From Felis catus (Eukaryota), in NCBI RefSeq assembly GCF_018350175.1, contig NC_058368.1, positions 29,390,001 to 29,454,000 of the forward strand: 64,000 nucleotides of DNA, given 5' to 3'. The position numbers were made by a program, and so were the translations under genes. The notes beneath the pieces were generated by a model. It was not told the origin of the DNA. It was given only the letters and a program-made list of their open reading frames with translations, and did not search any database. Of the stretch, positions 49,586 to 62,413 are shown one piece after another (position 1 is the stretch's first letter; every line of letters begins with the position of its first letter).

Positions 49586-50157
49586 AGGGCGCCTGGCTGG
49601 CTTAGGCGGTGGAGCATATGACTCTTGATCTTGGGGGTGTGAGTTTAAGCCCCATATTGGGTGTAGAGAGTACTTAAAAATACAATCTTAAAAAGATATA
49701 TAGAAAAGAGGTAACTGGGAGGCTCCGTCGGGTGACTGTCCAACTTCAGCTCAGGTCATGATCTCATGACTTGTGGGTTTGAGCCCCATGTGGGCTCTGT
49801 GCTAACAGCTCAGAGGCTGGAGCTGCTTGGGATTCTGTGTTTCCCTCTCTCTCTGTCCCTTCCCTGCTCATACTCTGTCTCTCTCTCAAAACTAAATAAA
49901 TGTTGGGGCGCCTGGGTGGCGCAGTCGGTTAAGCGTCCGACTTCAGCCAGGTCACGATCTCGCGGTCCATGAGTTCGAGCCCCGCGTCAGGCTCTGGGCT
50001 GATGGCTCAGAGCCTGGAGCCTGTTTCTGATTCTGTGTCTCCCTCTCTCTCTGCCCCTCCCCCGTTCATGCTCTGTCTCTCTCTGTCCCAAAAATAAATA
50101 AAAAGTTGAAAAAAAAAAATTAAAAAAAAAACTAAATAATTGTAAAAAAAAAAAAAA

Positions 50158-50160
<3 letters not shown>
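49586..50160 (+). mobile_element. Three stacked SINEs, the last a young SINEC_Fc-like copy (from about 49904), followed by (CA)n
   Basis: Three SINE heads, at about 49586, 49707 and 49904. Confidence 0.88.
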
Positions 50161-50199
<39 letters not shown>

Positions 50200-52526
50200 A
50201 CAGAATGCTTAGGTGGATTAAAAACAAACAAACAAAAAAACAACAAAAAACCAGAACCAACCATATGCTGCCTGTAAGAGATTTGCATCTGATTTAAAGA
50301 CACACACAGGCTCAAAGTGAAGGGACAGAAAAAAGTATTCCATGAGAATGGAAACCAAAAGAAAGCAAGGATAACTATAGTTATAGCAGACAAAACAGAC
50401 TTTAAGCCAAAAATGATATCAAGACACCAAAAAAAAAAAAAAAAAAAGCCATTATATAATGAAAAGGGGTCATTCCATCAAAAAGACATAATAATTATAT
50501 CATTGTCATCAAGGTGCAAATGTATGTACCCCAAATTGCAGAACCTAAATAAATTAAGCAAATATTCATAGATTGGAAGGGAAAAACAGACTCCAATAAA
50601 TAGCAGGGGAGTACAGTATGATACTTCCAATAATGGATAGATCACACAGACAGAAAATCAGCAAGGAAACACTGGACTTGATCATACTTTTTAGACTAAG
50701 TGGATCCAATATAATCTACAGAACATTCTATGTAACGGCAGACTACACATTCTTCTCAAGCACACATGGAACATTCCTTAGGACAGATCATATGTCAGAA
50801 AACAAATCTTAGCAAGTTTAAGACTGAAATAATACCAAGTATCTTTTCTGACCAAATGGCAAGAAACTAGAAGTCAACAGGAAAAAATCTAGAAAATTCA
50901 CAAAAATGTGGAAACAAACTGCTTAACAGCTAACAAGGCCAAGAAGGAAAGGGAGATTAAAAAAAAAAAAAAATGTTGAAATATAAAAGGAAACACAACA
51001 TATCCAAAACTATAGGATGCTGCAGAAGTCGTTCTAAGAGGGAGGTTTATGCAATAAATGCCTATGTTAAGAAAAAAGAAATATCTCAAACAACTTAAAA
51101 CTAGAAAAAAGTACAAACTAAGCCCAAAGTTAGCAAAAAGAAGGAAATAACAGGGATCACAGCAGAAACAGAAGCCAGAATAGAACACATTAAGAAACCT
51201 ATGAGATGGTTCACTGAAAAGAAAAACAGAATTAACAAACCTTTAGCTAGACCGAGGGAAAAAAAAAAGATCCAAATAAATCAGAAGAAATGAAAGAGGA
51301 GACATTTCAATAGACACCACAGAACTACAAACCATCATAAGAAACTACCATGAACAACTGTACACCAACAAATTGGATAACCTAGAAGAAATGGATACAA
51401 TTCCTAGAAACACACAACCTACTAAGGCTGAATCATGATAAAACTGAAAATCTGAACAGACCAGTAATAAGGATATTGAACCAGTAATCAAAAAATGCCA
51501 ACACAAAGAGCCCAAGACCAGATGCACTGGTGAATTCTACCAACTATAGAAGAACTAACAGTAATTAACAAAATATTGAAGAGAAGGGAACACTCCTAAA
51601 CTCATTACAGCAGGCATGTATTACTCAATACCAAAGCCAGAGCAGGACACCACAAGAAAAGAAAATTACAGACAAATATCCCTGATAAATATAGATGGCA
51701 AAAATTTTCAACAAATTACTTGTGAACTGAATTCAACAGCACATTAAAAGAATCATACAGCATGACCAAGTGGGATTCATCCCCAGGATACAAGGATGGT
51801 TCAACATTCGCAAATGAATTGTGATATACCATTAACAGAATGAAAGATAATTTCAACAGGCAGGAAAACTAACGAAGTACATCTTTTCATGATAAAAAAC
51901 ATTCAATGAACTGGATGTAGAATGAACATATTTCAAAATCACAAAGGCTATATATGATAAACCCACAGCCAACATCATACTGAATGGTGAAAGATGGAAA
52001 GCTTTCCTGTAATATGAAAAACAAGACAAGGATACCCACTCTTACCACTCCCATTCAACATAGTACCAGAAGTCCTAGCCAAAGCAATCAAGCCAAGAAT
52101 AAATAAATAAATAAAAGACATCCAAATTACAAAGGAAGAAGGAAAAGTGTCTCTGTTTGTAGATGATACATATTATACATAGAAAATCCTAAAGACTCCA
52201 CCAAAAAACTGTTAGAACTAATCAGTGAGTTCAGTTAAGTTGAATGATACAAAATCAACACCCAGAAATCAGTTGTTTGCATGCATTTAACAACAAAATA
52301 TCTAAAAAAAATAAAAACCCATTTACATATTATCGTAAACAGTAAAATACTCAGTGATAAATTTAACGAAAGAGATGGAAGATCTGTATACTGAAAAGTA
52401 CAAGGCACTGATGAAAAAACTGAAAACGACACAAATGCAAAGACAGTACATGTTCAAGAATCAGATGAATGAATACTGTTAAAATGTCCATGCTGCTCAA
52501 AGCCATCCATAAATTCAATGGCTATC

Positions 52527-52990
52527 ATGAAGATGTGGTATATATACATACAATGGAGCACCCTGAGGGTTGGCTCAGTTGGTATATATACAATAGAGTA
52601 TTACTCGGCAATTAAAAAGAATGAAATTTTGCCATTTGCAACCACACGGATGGAACTAGGGGGTATTATGGCAAGTGAAATTAGTCAGAGAAAGACAAAT
52701 ATTGTATGACTTCACTCATATGAGGACTTTAATTAAGATACAAAACAGATGAACACAAGGGAAGGGAAGCAAAAATAATATAAAAACAGGGAGGGGGACA
52801 AATCATAAGAGACTCTTATAAATAGAGAACAAACAGAGGGTTGCTGAAGGGGTTGTGGGAGGGGGGATGGGCTAAATGGGTTAAGGGGGTTAAGGAATCT
52901 ACTCCTGAAATCATTGTTGCACCATATGCTAACTTGGATGTAAATTAAAAAATAATTAAAAAAATAAACAAAAAAATAAAAACAAAAGGA
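52527..52990 (+). mobile_element. 5'-truncated LINE-1 3' end
   Basis: Closely matches 59238-59620; A-rich tail. Confidence 0.88.
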
Positions 52991-53869
52991 GGCATTAACA
53001 CCTGAAAAACTCAAGCTATACAGAAAGTTCAATGTATTACCATATGTTTTAAAATTTAAGCTTTGATGGGATCTTAGGGAGTGGTGCCTGTGCGGCTCAG
53101 TCAATAATGGGTCTGACTTTGGCTCAGGTCATGATCTTGCAGTTCATGAGCTGAAGCCCCATGTTGACCTCTGTGCTGACAGCTCAGACACTGGAACCTG
53201 CTTCAGATTCTCTCTCTCTCTGACCCTTCCCCATTCACGTTCTTTCAAAAATAAACATTAAAAAAAAAAAAAGATTCTAGGGAAAAATATAAATTACCAA
53301 ACCTAGTACTCGAGAATCCTCCACTCCCCAAGAACAGCTGCAAGCATGTAAGTTATTGAGTATTTAGATGTTCTAGAGACCAACTGCATAGTGATGCTGT
53401 GTTGCTTTTTATTTTTTACTTTGTATTTATTTATTTTGGGGGGGGGAAGCATAAGTGGGGAAGGAGCAGAGAGAGGGAGAAGGGAAACTACAAGCAGACT
53501 CCGCACTGTCAGCATGGAGCTGGATGTGGGGCTCAATCCCATGAATCATGAGATCATGACTTGAGCTGAAATCAAGAGTTGGTTGCTAAACCAATTGAGC
53601 CACCCAGGTGCCTTTGATTTGTCTTTTTAATTTATTCCTCACAATAAATTAGAAATTAGAACTATTATTATGGCATTTACAGATGAAGTAATCGAGGCTT
53701 AGGTACATTAGGCAATTTGCCCACAGTCACGAAGATGGTAAGCAAGAAACCAGTAAGTTATAAAAAAATTAACTCCCCTAGAATTCCAGGACCAGAGGAC
53801 TATACTAGTATTTTCTTTTAAACTTTCTAATTGCTGAGAAACTTGTATTCTAGAATATGAACGAATGGA

Positions 53870-56800
53870 AAGTTACTGGAAAAAAAAAAGATACTGCAAA
53901 GTTACTGGGGGGAAAAAAGCATAAATAAAAATGGAAAACTACCTAATTCACTTTAGCATAAGTTGTATACAAAAATCTGATAACGATATCACACATCTAA
54001 CAAAAACACAATTAAACTATAGACCACCATTAAAGCTATCACCAGTGAAATTCATCAAAAGCTACTTAATAGTCCTTTTTTTTTAATTGTTATTTTTGAG
54101 AGAAAAAGAGAGACAGAATGGAAGCAGGGGACGGACAGAGCCAAGAGGGAAACACAGAATCTGAAGCAGCTCCAGGTTCTGAGCTGTTAGCACAGAGCCC
54201 GATGCGGGGCTCCAACTCACAAATAGCAAGATCATGACCTGAGCTAAAGTCGGGAGCTTAACCAACTGAGCCACCCAGGTGTCCCTGTTAATAATCCTTT
54301 AAAAATCTGGAAATAAAGCATGCTTCCTCAACATAATAAAAATTAACTTAAGCCAATAGTCAATATAATCCTTAATATAAATTTTAGAGACATTTCCACT
54401 GAAATCAGAAAACATAAATGCTCACTTTCATCACTATACCACAGAGTATGAAAATCTAACTAAAATAGAACATGAAATAAATCGGAAGTAAAATCAGCAG
54501 AAAAAGGATTACAAAATATTTGCAAACAAATTTCTTCATGAAAAACCCAAGATTCAAAAAAATAAGTTTTATAAATAATACAATAATTCAGCACCACAAT
54601 TGGACTCAAGCTTATTCATACTATAATTACTGGTTTAAAAAATAGTAGAAAATATGGGTTAAATCCACAATTTAAAAAAAGCTAAACATGTAAAAATTTA
54701 CGTACTTAACATTTACTAAGCATTTACTATGTGCCAGGCACTGTTTTTACTTTTTTGGGTGCAGAAGTGAACTAAGGTAGACTAAATGGCTACCTTGCCT
54801 ATATTCAAGAATGCAAGTATGAGACTCACAAAGAGGCAGCTACAAAAGTTGTGTAGAGAATCATACCTGATGATTTGAGTAAAAACAGATATGCGACGTT
54901 TTTGGGTGAAAACATAAAATATTGAAAACATGTCAATTTTTTAAAAATCAAATTCAACAAGTAAAATATAATTTCAATCATTTTGACTAAAATTAGATTG
55001 TAGCTGTTGAACATTTACAAAAGGACTTAATTTGTCTGGAAAAGAATAAAAAGAAAAACAAAACAGGATGGGGCGCCTGGGTGGCTCAGCCAGTTGGGTG
55101 TCCGACTTCGGCTCAGGTCATGGTCTCGCAGTTTGTGAGTTCAAGCCCCGCATCGGGCTCTGTGCTGACAACTCAAGAGCCTGGAGCCTGCTTCAGATTC
55201 TGTGTCTCCCCCTCTCTCTGCCCCTCCCATGCTCACGCTCTGACTCTCAATAATAAATAAATATTCAAAAAAATTAAAAAAAAAAAAGAAAAACAGGAAG
55301 GAACTACTTAAGAAAATTAAAAAAAATAAAAGACATACCACCAGATGTCAGAACATATCGTATAAAAGCATGTAATTAAATTACAATAATGACATCTTTA
55401 CAGTACTATCACAAGAATAGATAGGCTAATGGAACAAAAAAAGCAGCTAGAAACAAACTGGTAAACTCGAGAATTAAACACAAGACTAGGGGCGTATGGG
55501 TGGCTCAGTCAGTTAAGCATCTGTTAAGTATACAACTTCGGCTCAGGTCATGATCTCGTGGATTTGTGAGTTCAAGTCCTGCCTCACGCTCTGCACTGCC
55601 AGTGTGGAGCCTCCTTGGGATTCTCTCTCTCCCTCTCTCTCTCTCTATGCTCTGCCCCCACTTGTGTGCATGCCCTCTCTTTCAAAATAAATAAATAAAC
55701 TTAAAAAAAGACAAGATTAAAAAATAAGTGTCACTTAAAAAAGTGGGGGAAAGAATGGTACATAAAACTGGGGAAGAATGGTACTGGCAAAACTAGTTGG
55801 GCAGGTAGGATAAATAACTACTTTAGAATCTCATCTCATATGATGCATTAAATAGTTGACAAACCACACAAACCAAAAGGAAATACAAGTACATATTTGA
55901 CTTCTGTATGGAAAATGACATCAATAAAATAGATCACAAAAGGAAAAACAATTGGACTAGTTAAACCTGATGAAATTGTGCACATCTAAAACCATTATAA
56001 ACACAATTAACAGTCAAACTAGAGATGTGGAAAATCCACAATACCTACAACTAATCAATGGTTAGCATCTGTACTACAAAAGGAACTTACAGAAATAAGA
56101 CTAATAATTCAATGGAAAAATTTACAGGGACTACCAATAATTTACAGAAGAGTAAATACGAAACACTAATATACGAAAAAAATTTATATGAGTAAATCAA
56201 AGAAAACTAAAATGAGATATTTTTTGCTGAATAGAAAATACTTAAAAATTTAGAAATAGCTAATGCTGAAAGGGTCCAATGGGACAGACATTTTCAGAAA
56301 CTGCCGATGGAGTATAGATTGGTATGCTCTTTCTGGAAAGTAATTGCCCACTGTGAATCAAGATTTTCAACATGTTCACATCCTTTCAACAGGTATTCCA
56401 TTTCTAGAAATTGTCAGGAATGTGTACAGAGTGATATATCTATACAGTAATCAGAATGTTATGACAACAAAATGTGCAAAAATAATCTAACTGCCTAACG
56501 GAATGGCTGAGTAAAATGAAAGCACATCTTAAAAGATTAATATTATGTAACAGTTAAAAATAACACTTATGGGGCGCCTGGGTGGTTCAGTTGGTTGAGT
56601 ATCCAAATCCTGGTTTCAGCTCAAGTTATGATCTCACAGTCGTGGGTTCAAGCTCCGCACTGGGCTCCATGCTGGGAGTGTGAACCCTGCTTGGGATTCT
56701 CTTCCCTCTCTGACCCTCCCGACTCAAAATAAATAAACTTAAAAAAAAATAACATTTACAAAATTTTAACAAAGTACAAGGATATTAATAATACAATACT

Positions 56801-56900
56801 AAGTAGAGAAAAAGATAAAAGCTGAGGAAGATACTCCAAAATGTTACTATTATCTCTGGGTAACTAAACAGTTATTCTTAAACTTTTCTTCAATTTCAAA
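53870..56900 (+). mobile_element. Ancient L1 (L1ME-like) ORF2/3' remnants with several SINEs
   Basis: A-rich degenerate L1-like sequence; SINEs at about 54075-54285, 55069-55295, 55488-55710 and 56571-56750. Confidence 0.55.
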
Positions 56901-57589
56901 AATTTTCCATAATCAAAATATATTGGTTATTTTTAGGGGGGAACCTCTTAAGAAATTAGGCTTATCTACTTGCGAAGTCAGACATAATCCATCACATGTT
57001 AAAATGACTGACAATGTTAAAATTTAACAAGCATGGTTTTACATACAGAACACTTACCACACAGAAAACCAAATAGTCGAATTTCAAGAAATCTTAACTT
57101 TAAGAAACGTTGGTATAGTAAGACCACTTTCCTATTGTAAGTCACTTAAAAAATCATTCAGGGGCTGAAGTAATGCAGCCTGTTATTTCTGCAATTTCAG
57201 TATATACAGTCAGTATGCTTATGGTGCTTGGCAGTATGCTGCATTGAACGCATTTTATCTATTATCACAAATACAACCTAAACTCTCATAACAATAGTAA
57301 CATTTTGACAGCAGTTCTAATCTATACTATGGTATGTTACAAAATTGTTTTTTCAAAGTAGAAGTAGAGAGTAGAGTAGAAGTAGAGAGAGCGTGGGAGC
57401 AGGGAAGGGGTAGAGAGAGAGGGAGAAAGACAATTTCAAGCAGGCTCTGCATTGTCAATACACAGCCCAATGCAGGGCTTGAATTCATGAACCGTGAGAT
57501 CATGCCTGAGCCAAAATCAAGAGTTGGACGCTTAACTGACTGAGCCACCCTAGGTGCCCCCTACAGAATTAATTTTTATTAGAATTGCA

Positions 57590-58035
57590 TATAGATCTTC
57601 CCTTATGATGGGGTTATGTGCCCTGATAAATCCACTGTAAATGGAAAATATTGTAAACTGAAAATGCATTTAGTACACCTAGTCTACTTAACATCATAAC
57701 CTAGCCTACCTTAAATGAGCTCAGAACATGTACAGTAGCCTAAATTGGGGAAAATCATTCACCACAAAGCCTATTTTATATAAAGTATTGAATATCTCAT
57801 ATAATTAATTGAATACCATACTGATGGTGAAAAACAGAATGGTTCTAAGTATACTGGCTGTTTACCCTCAAGATTGCATGGGTGCCTGACAGTGTACAGA
57901 GTATTGTATGGCAGGGTACTGCTAGGCCGAGGAAAAAGTTCAAAATTTGAAGTGTGGTTTCTATTGAATGACTATTGCTTTTGCACCATTGTAAAGTTGA
58001 AAAATTGTAAGTCAAACCATCGGTACAAAGCTGGC
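57590..58035. mobile_element. TcMar-Tigger non-autonomous DNA transposon (Tigger3/MER7-like)
   Basis: cttatgatggggttatgtgccctgataaatccactgtaa...gaaaatgcattt at the left end and ttttgcaccattgtaaagttgaaaaattgtaagtcaaaccatcg at the right end. Confidence 0.7.
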
Positions 58036-58606
58036 CAAAACTTGTGTTACTCTATCTTATGAAAAAATACAATCTTTTCATTAAAGTACAGTTTTAACTA
58101 TAAATAATTTCACTGTAAAAGTATCCACAGAGTAGTCATCTAAACTATCATCTCAAAGCATTAATATTTTGAAGAAAAACTGCTAACTCGTACTTTTTTT
58201 TATTCACCTGAAGATTTAAACATTTAAGAAACACTAATTTGTGGAGCTGGGAGTGAAGTCTTCCTTTTATTGTGTAAATACTCTCAAGACAGTAATTTAA
58301 ACATGTGAGCTAGTAATACAAACCTAGTAATACAAATCAGGTAACATCCCTACCATGATACTGGTTTAATTGATACAACTGTTCTGTTTCTTGAATACTG
58401 GCTTTAAAACTTTGCTGAACTGCAATAAACCATTTTCAAGACAGTAACAAAATAAGCTTTTTTTTCTGCTCTTCAGATCTATGGAAGCCTTCATTAAATA
58501 TGCAGGTATTTGTTTCTCTGACAGAATAAGGATGGTGAGTGTGACAATGTTCATATATAAATGGTATGAGTTAGTGTCTGAATCTGTGGTCACAAGAAAT
58601 GCTATG

Positions 58607-59805
58607 GCAAAAATGAACTATTGGGATGTCATCAAAAGAAAAAGCTGCACAGCGAAGGAAACAATCAGCAAAACTAAAGGGCAATTGACAGAATGGGAGA
58701 AGATATTTGCAAATGACATATCAGATAAAGGGTTAGTATCCAAAATCTATAAAGAACTTATCAAACTCAACACCCAAAAAACAAATAATCCAGTGAAGAA
58801 ATGGGCAAAAGACACGAATAGACACTTCTCCAAAGAAGACATCCAGATGGCCAACCAACACATGACAAAATGCTCAACATCACTCATCAGGGAAACACAA
58901 AACCACAATGAGATACTACCTCACACCTGTCAGAATGGCTAACATTAAGAACTCTGGCAACAACAGATGTTGGCGAGCAGGCGGAGAGAGAGGATCTCTT
59001 TTGCACTGCTGGTGGAAATGCAAACTGGTGCAGCCACTCTGGAAAATAGTACGGAGGTTCTTCAAAAACTTAAAAATAGAACTACCCTACGATCTAGCAA
59101 TTGCACTACTAGGTATTTATCCAAGGAATACAGGTATGCTGTTTTGAAGGGACACATGCACCCCAATGTTTATAGCAGCACTGTCAACAATAGCCAAAAT
59201 ATGGAAAAAGCCCAAATGTCCATCAATGGATGAATGGATGAAGAAGATGTGGTATATGTATATATACAATGGAGTATTACTCAGCAATCAAAAAGAATGA
59301 AATCTTGCCATTTTCAACTACGTGGATGGAACTAGAGGATATTATGCTAAGCGAAATTAGTCAGAGAAGGACACATATCATATGACTTCACTCATATGAG
59401 GACTTTAATATACAAAACAGGTGAAGGCAAGCAAAAATAATATAAAAACAGGGAGGGGGACAAGACGTAACAGACTCTTAAATATGGAGAACAGAGGGTT
59501 ACTGGAGGGGTTGTGGGAAGGGGGATGGGCTAAGTGGGTAAGGGGCATTAAGGAATCTACTCCTGAAATCACTGTTGCAGTATATGCTAATTAATATGGA
59601 TGTAAATTAAAAAACTAAAATTTAAATTTAAAAAATATATATAAAAAAAAATTCTTTGGAAACCCAGTATTGTCTAGAATGGTTTTGTTTGTAATATGTA
59701 CATAATATGTTAATGAGCTACAAATTAATATGCATAAGCTTTGTACTCCGATTCAATTAAACTCAATTAAACTACAAAATATTTAACATTCAAAAAAAAA
59801 AAAAA
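58607..59805 (+). mobile_element. 5'-truncated LINE-1 with 3'-transduced flank
   Basis: Perfect 13-bp TSD aagaaatgctatg at 58594-58606 and 59806-59818; two A-rich tails. Confidence 0.92.
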
Positions 59806-60007
59806 AAGAAATGCTATGTTTGGGTAGGAATCAAAATAATCATTAGCCTGGACTGAGTAATATACAGAATCGTTAAATCACTATATTGTATACCTGAAAC
59901 AAATATAACACTGTATGTTGACTATACTGGAATTAAAATAAACATATATTGGCATCTCTATTAAAAAACCCAATCATTAGCTTACTTTTTAAAATAACCA
60001 CATTTTT

Positions 60008-60456
60008 GGGTCGCCTGGGTGGCTCAGTCGGTTAAGCATCCAACTTCGGCTCAGGTCATGATCTCACAGTCTGTGAGTTCGAGCCCCATGTCAGGCTCTG
60101 TGCTGACAGCTTGAGCCTGGAGCCTGCTTCAGATTCTGTGTCTCCCTCTCTCTGACCCTCCCCCGTTCATGCTGTCTCTCTCTGTCTCAAAAATAAACAT
60201 TAAAAAAAATTTTTTTTTAAATAACCACAGTTTAGGGGCGCCTGGGTGGCACAGTCGGTTAAGCGTCCGACTTCAGCCAGGTCACGATCTCGCGGTCCGT
60301 GAGTTCGAGCCCCGTGTCAGGCTCTGGGCTGATGGCTCAGAGCCTGGAGCCTGTTTCCGATTCTGTGTCTCCCTCTCTCTCTGCCCCTCCCCCGTTCATG
60401 CTGTCTCTCTCCCAAAAAAATAAATAAATGTTGAAAAAAAAAATTAAAAAAAAAAT
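60008..60456 (+). mobile_element. Two tandem SINEs (60008-60218 and young 60235-60456)
   Basis: Two complete SINE bodies separated and flanked by copies of aaataaccaca. Confidence 0.93.
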
Positions 60457-60650
60457 AAATAACCACAGTTTACATTTTAAAATATTTAAGAATACTTAGA
60501 AGAAATAAAACCATTCTAGAAATAAAAGAAATGAGCCACACTTTCCAAGAGCACCTTATCCTTGAAATGAGTTACTGAAATGTATGGAAGGAAGTACTGA
60601 GATATACAATACAATTTGTAGGAAGAGCGGGTTAAGTTTCAGGTACTTAC

Positions 60651-60814
60651 TGAGACTCAACTTCTTGTTTAATTTCTTGCCATTCTCCATATGGGTTTGA
60701 TTTTTTAGGAGCTTTGGATTTTTCTTCATTTGGACCTGATGAATTTTGCTCTTGGATAGTTTTTTCTTTCTGTGTTTCTGGTTCAGTTCCTTTGTCACTA
60801 TTTTTATTTTTTTC
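60651..60814 (-). CDS. WBP4: WW domain-binding protein 4, penultimate coding exon (164 bp)
   Basis: Encodes EKNKNSDKGTEPETQKEKTIQEQNSSGPNEEKSKAPKKSNPYGEWQEIKQEVES plus CA. Acceptor ggcatttcAG at 60816-60815; donor GTAAGT. NPYGEWQEI is recognised from WBP4. Upstream exons lie beyond 64000. Confidence 0.92.
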
Positions 60815-62039
60815 CTGAAATGCCAAAGTCAAGAAAAAACATATTTTAAGCAAAATTATAAGGATGCAATTTCTTTAACATAGTCTTATTGATTTAAATA
60901 GTACATTACCTCAGTATTTTTAATTTGCACATAACAACAAATATACATAAAAGAATTTTAATGCTTGGTTAGGTTTTTTATTATGTCTAAAATGGTAAGA
61001 CATCATGGTCAAGGCTGTTATGTATATATGTATGTATGCATATATTTATTTAAAGGTTATTTATTTTGAGAGAGACAGAGAGCGAGCGAGTCAGGGAGGG
61101 GCAGAGAGAGAAGGAGACAGAGAATCCCAAGCACTGACTGGGGGCTCGAACTCACTAATCGTGAGATCATGATCTGAGCCAAAACTAAGAGCTGGACGCT
61201 CAAACAACTGAGCCGCACAGGTGCTACTAAGGCTGGCTTTTAAAAACAATTGTATTAACATTCCACCATTAAAGACATACACTGGCCTTTTTAATACTCT
61301 TTTCTGCCTTCTCTCCTTACTTACATATTCTACAGTCATCTCCCCTTACACTGTACCTTTTCTGAATTTAATGCCATGTCATTAAACCTTTCTATACTCA
61401 TTGTCTTTGTAAAGAACTCCCTCAACCTATCAATCTTAACTGAAATCTGTCTTTACATTGAGGACAGTGCCAAAGCCTCAGTGGAGTCAATAACTGCTAA
61501 CTATGAAATGAGAAAAGACACACCCTTGAGGGAGAAGCAGGTCCTATGGGAGCCCCTGGCTAGGGTTGGTATTCTTATGGCACCCCTTCATCTGGAATAA
61601 CAAAGCCCTACGATCCAGTTTGGCAAAGGGACCATGCACTAGATTTCAGCCTCTTTTCAAAATGCACAACCATGTGTGGTGATCCTAGGACACTGTTCTG
61701 TAATTCTTTAAGTGGATATTAACTCATTCCCTCATGCTGTTCCATCATAAAGATAGGAAGCAGCATCTGCTTTTAGCATTCTCTTCACTGTTTCCAAGCT
61801 CTGACTTCTTTTTAATAACAGATTTTTAGAGATCATAATTTATGCTTTGATTCTAATGCAATGTAATAAATGCCTCCTCCTCTGGAGCGTATATCACCTC
61901 CTATAGAGTTGTCTTCCATGCTTCCTTACATGAGCTAATGACCTTTGGCCACTATCCCATATACACTGATGTCTTTACCATATTTTTTTGTTGTTGTTTT
62001 CTACCATGTTCTTTCTATTCAACTCATCATTTTGGACCT

Positions 62040-62175
62040 TAAAAATTCCCTAGCCTGTTTTGTGAGCCCCAAAATCAAGGACTGTGCCTTTTGCTATATT
62101 TCAGTCACCTAACGTTATATAATTTCCATCATACATAGCGCCTAGTACATAGGTAGTATTCAAACAGTAAATCCT
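62040..62175 (+). mobile_element. L2 3'-end fragment
   Basis: tgtgagcccc...aggactgtgcctt...gcgcctagtacataggtagtattcaa. Confidence 0.55.
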
Positions 62176-62413
62176 CACATCTATGTTCCTTTTTAATTTG
62201 AATTATGTCATCACTCAAAAATGTCCCACTTGTGAAATTTTAAACTCTAAAAGTCCCCCCTTCTAACTACAGTAAGTTATTCTTCTGGCTTCCTCCCTTC
62301 CTTACCTCCTATCTATAACCTCATTACCATCTCTAATGCCTTAACTTCTCTTTGTGTCCTTAGTTTGCTGACCTCATCATTACAGAGATCCACATCCATA
62401 GTGAATCATTTTA

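Larger units (their letters stand above)
44220..52526 (+). mobile_element. Older LINE-1 (5' region, ORF1, ORF2 to beyond the RT domain) hosting a younger L1 derivative and SINEs
   Basis: ORF1-like sequence on both sides of 45481-48450; endonuclease pieces 50317-50571 and 50618-50812; RT-like gtctctgtttgtagatgat at about 52150. Confidence 0.75.
13388..60650 (-). other. WBP4: WBP4 terminal intron, 47,263 bp, phase 2
   Basis: Donor GTAAGT at 60650-60645 and acceptor AG at 13389-13388. CA|T joins to His, giving ...EVESHEEVD... in frame. Confidence 0.85.

Noticed and set aside
58477..58534. Plus-strand exon-like segment (ttttttctgctcttcAG...ATG|GTGAGT), antisense to WBP4
   Set aside because: Such motif pairs are common by chance in 64 kb, and no linked exon or promoter can be shown. 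ORF 58481-58942 simply reads into an L1.
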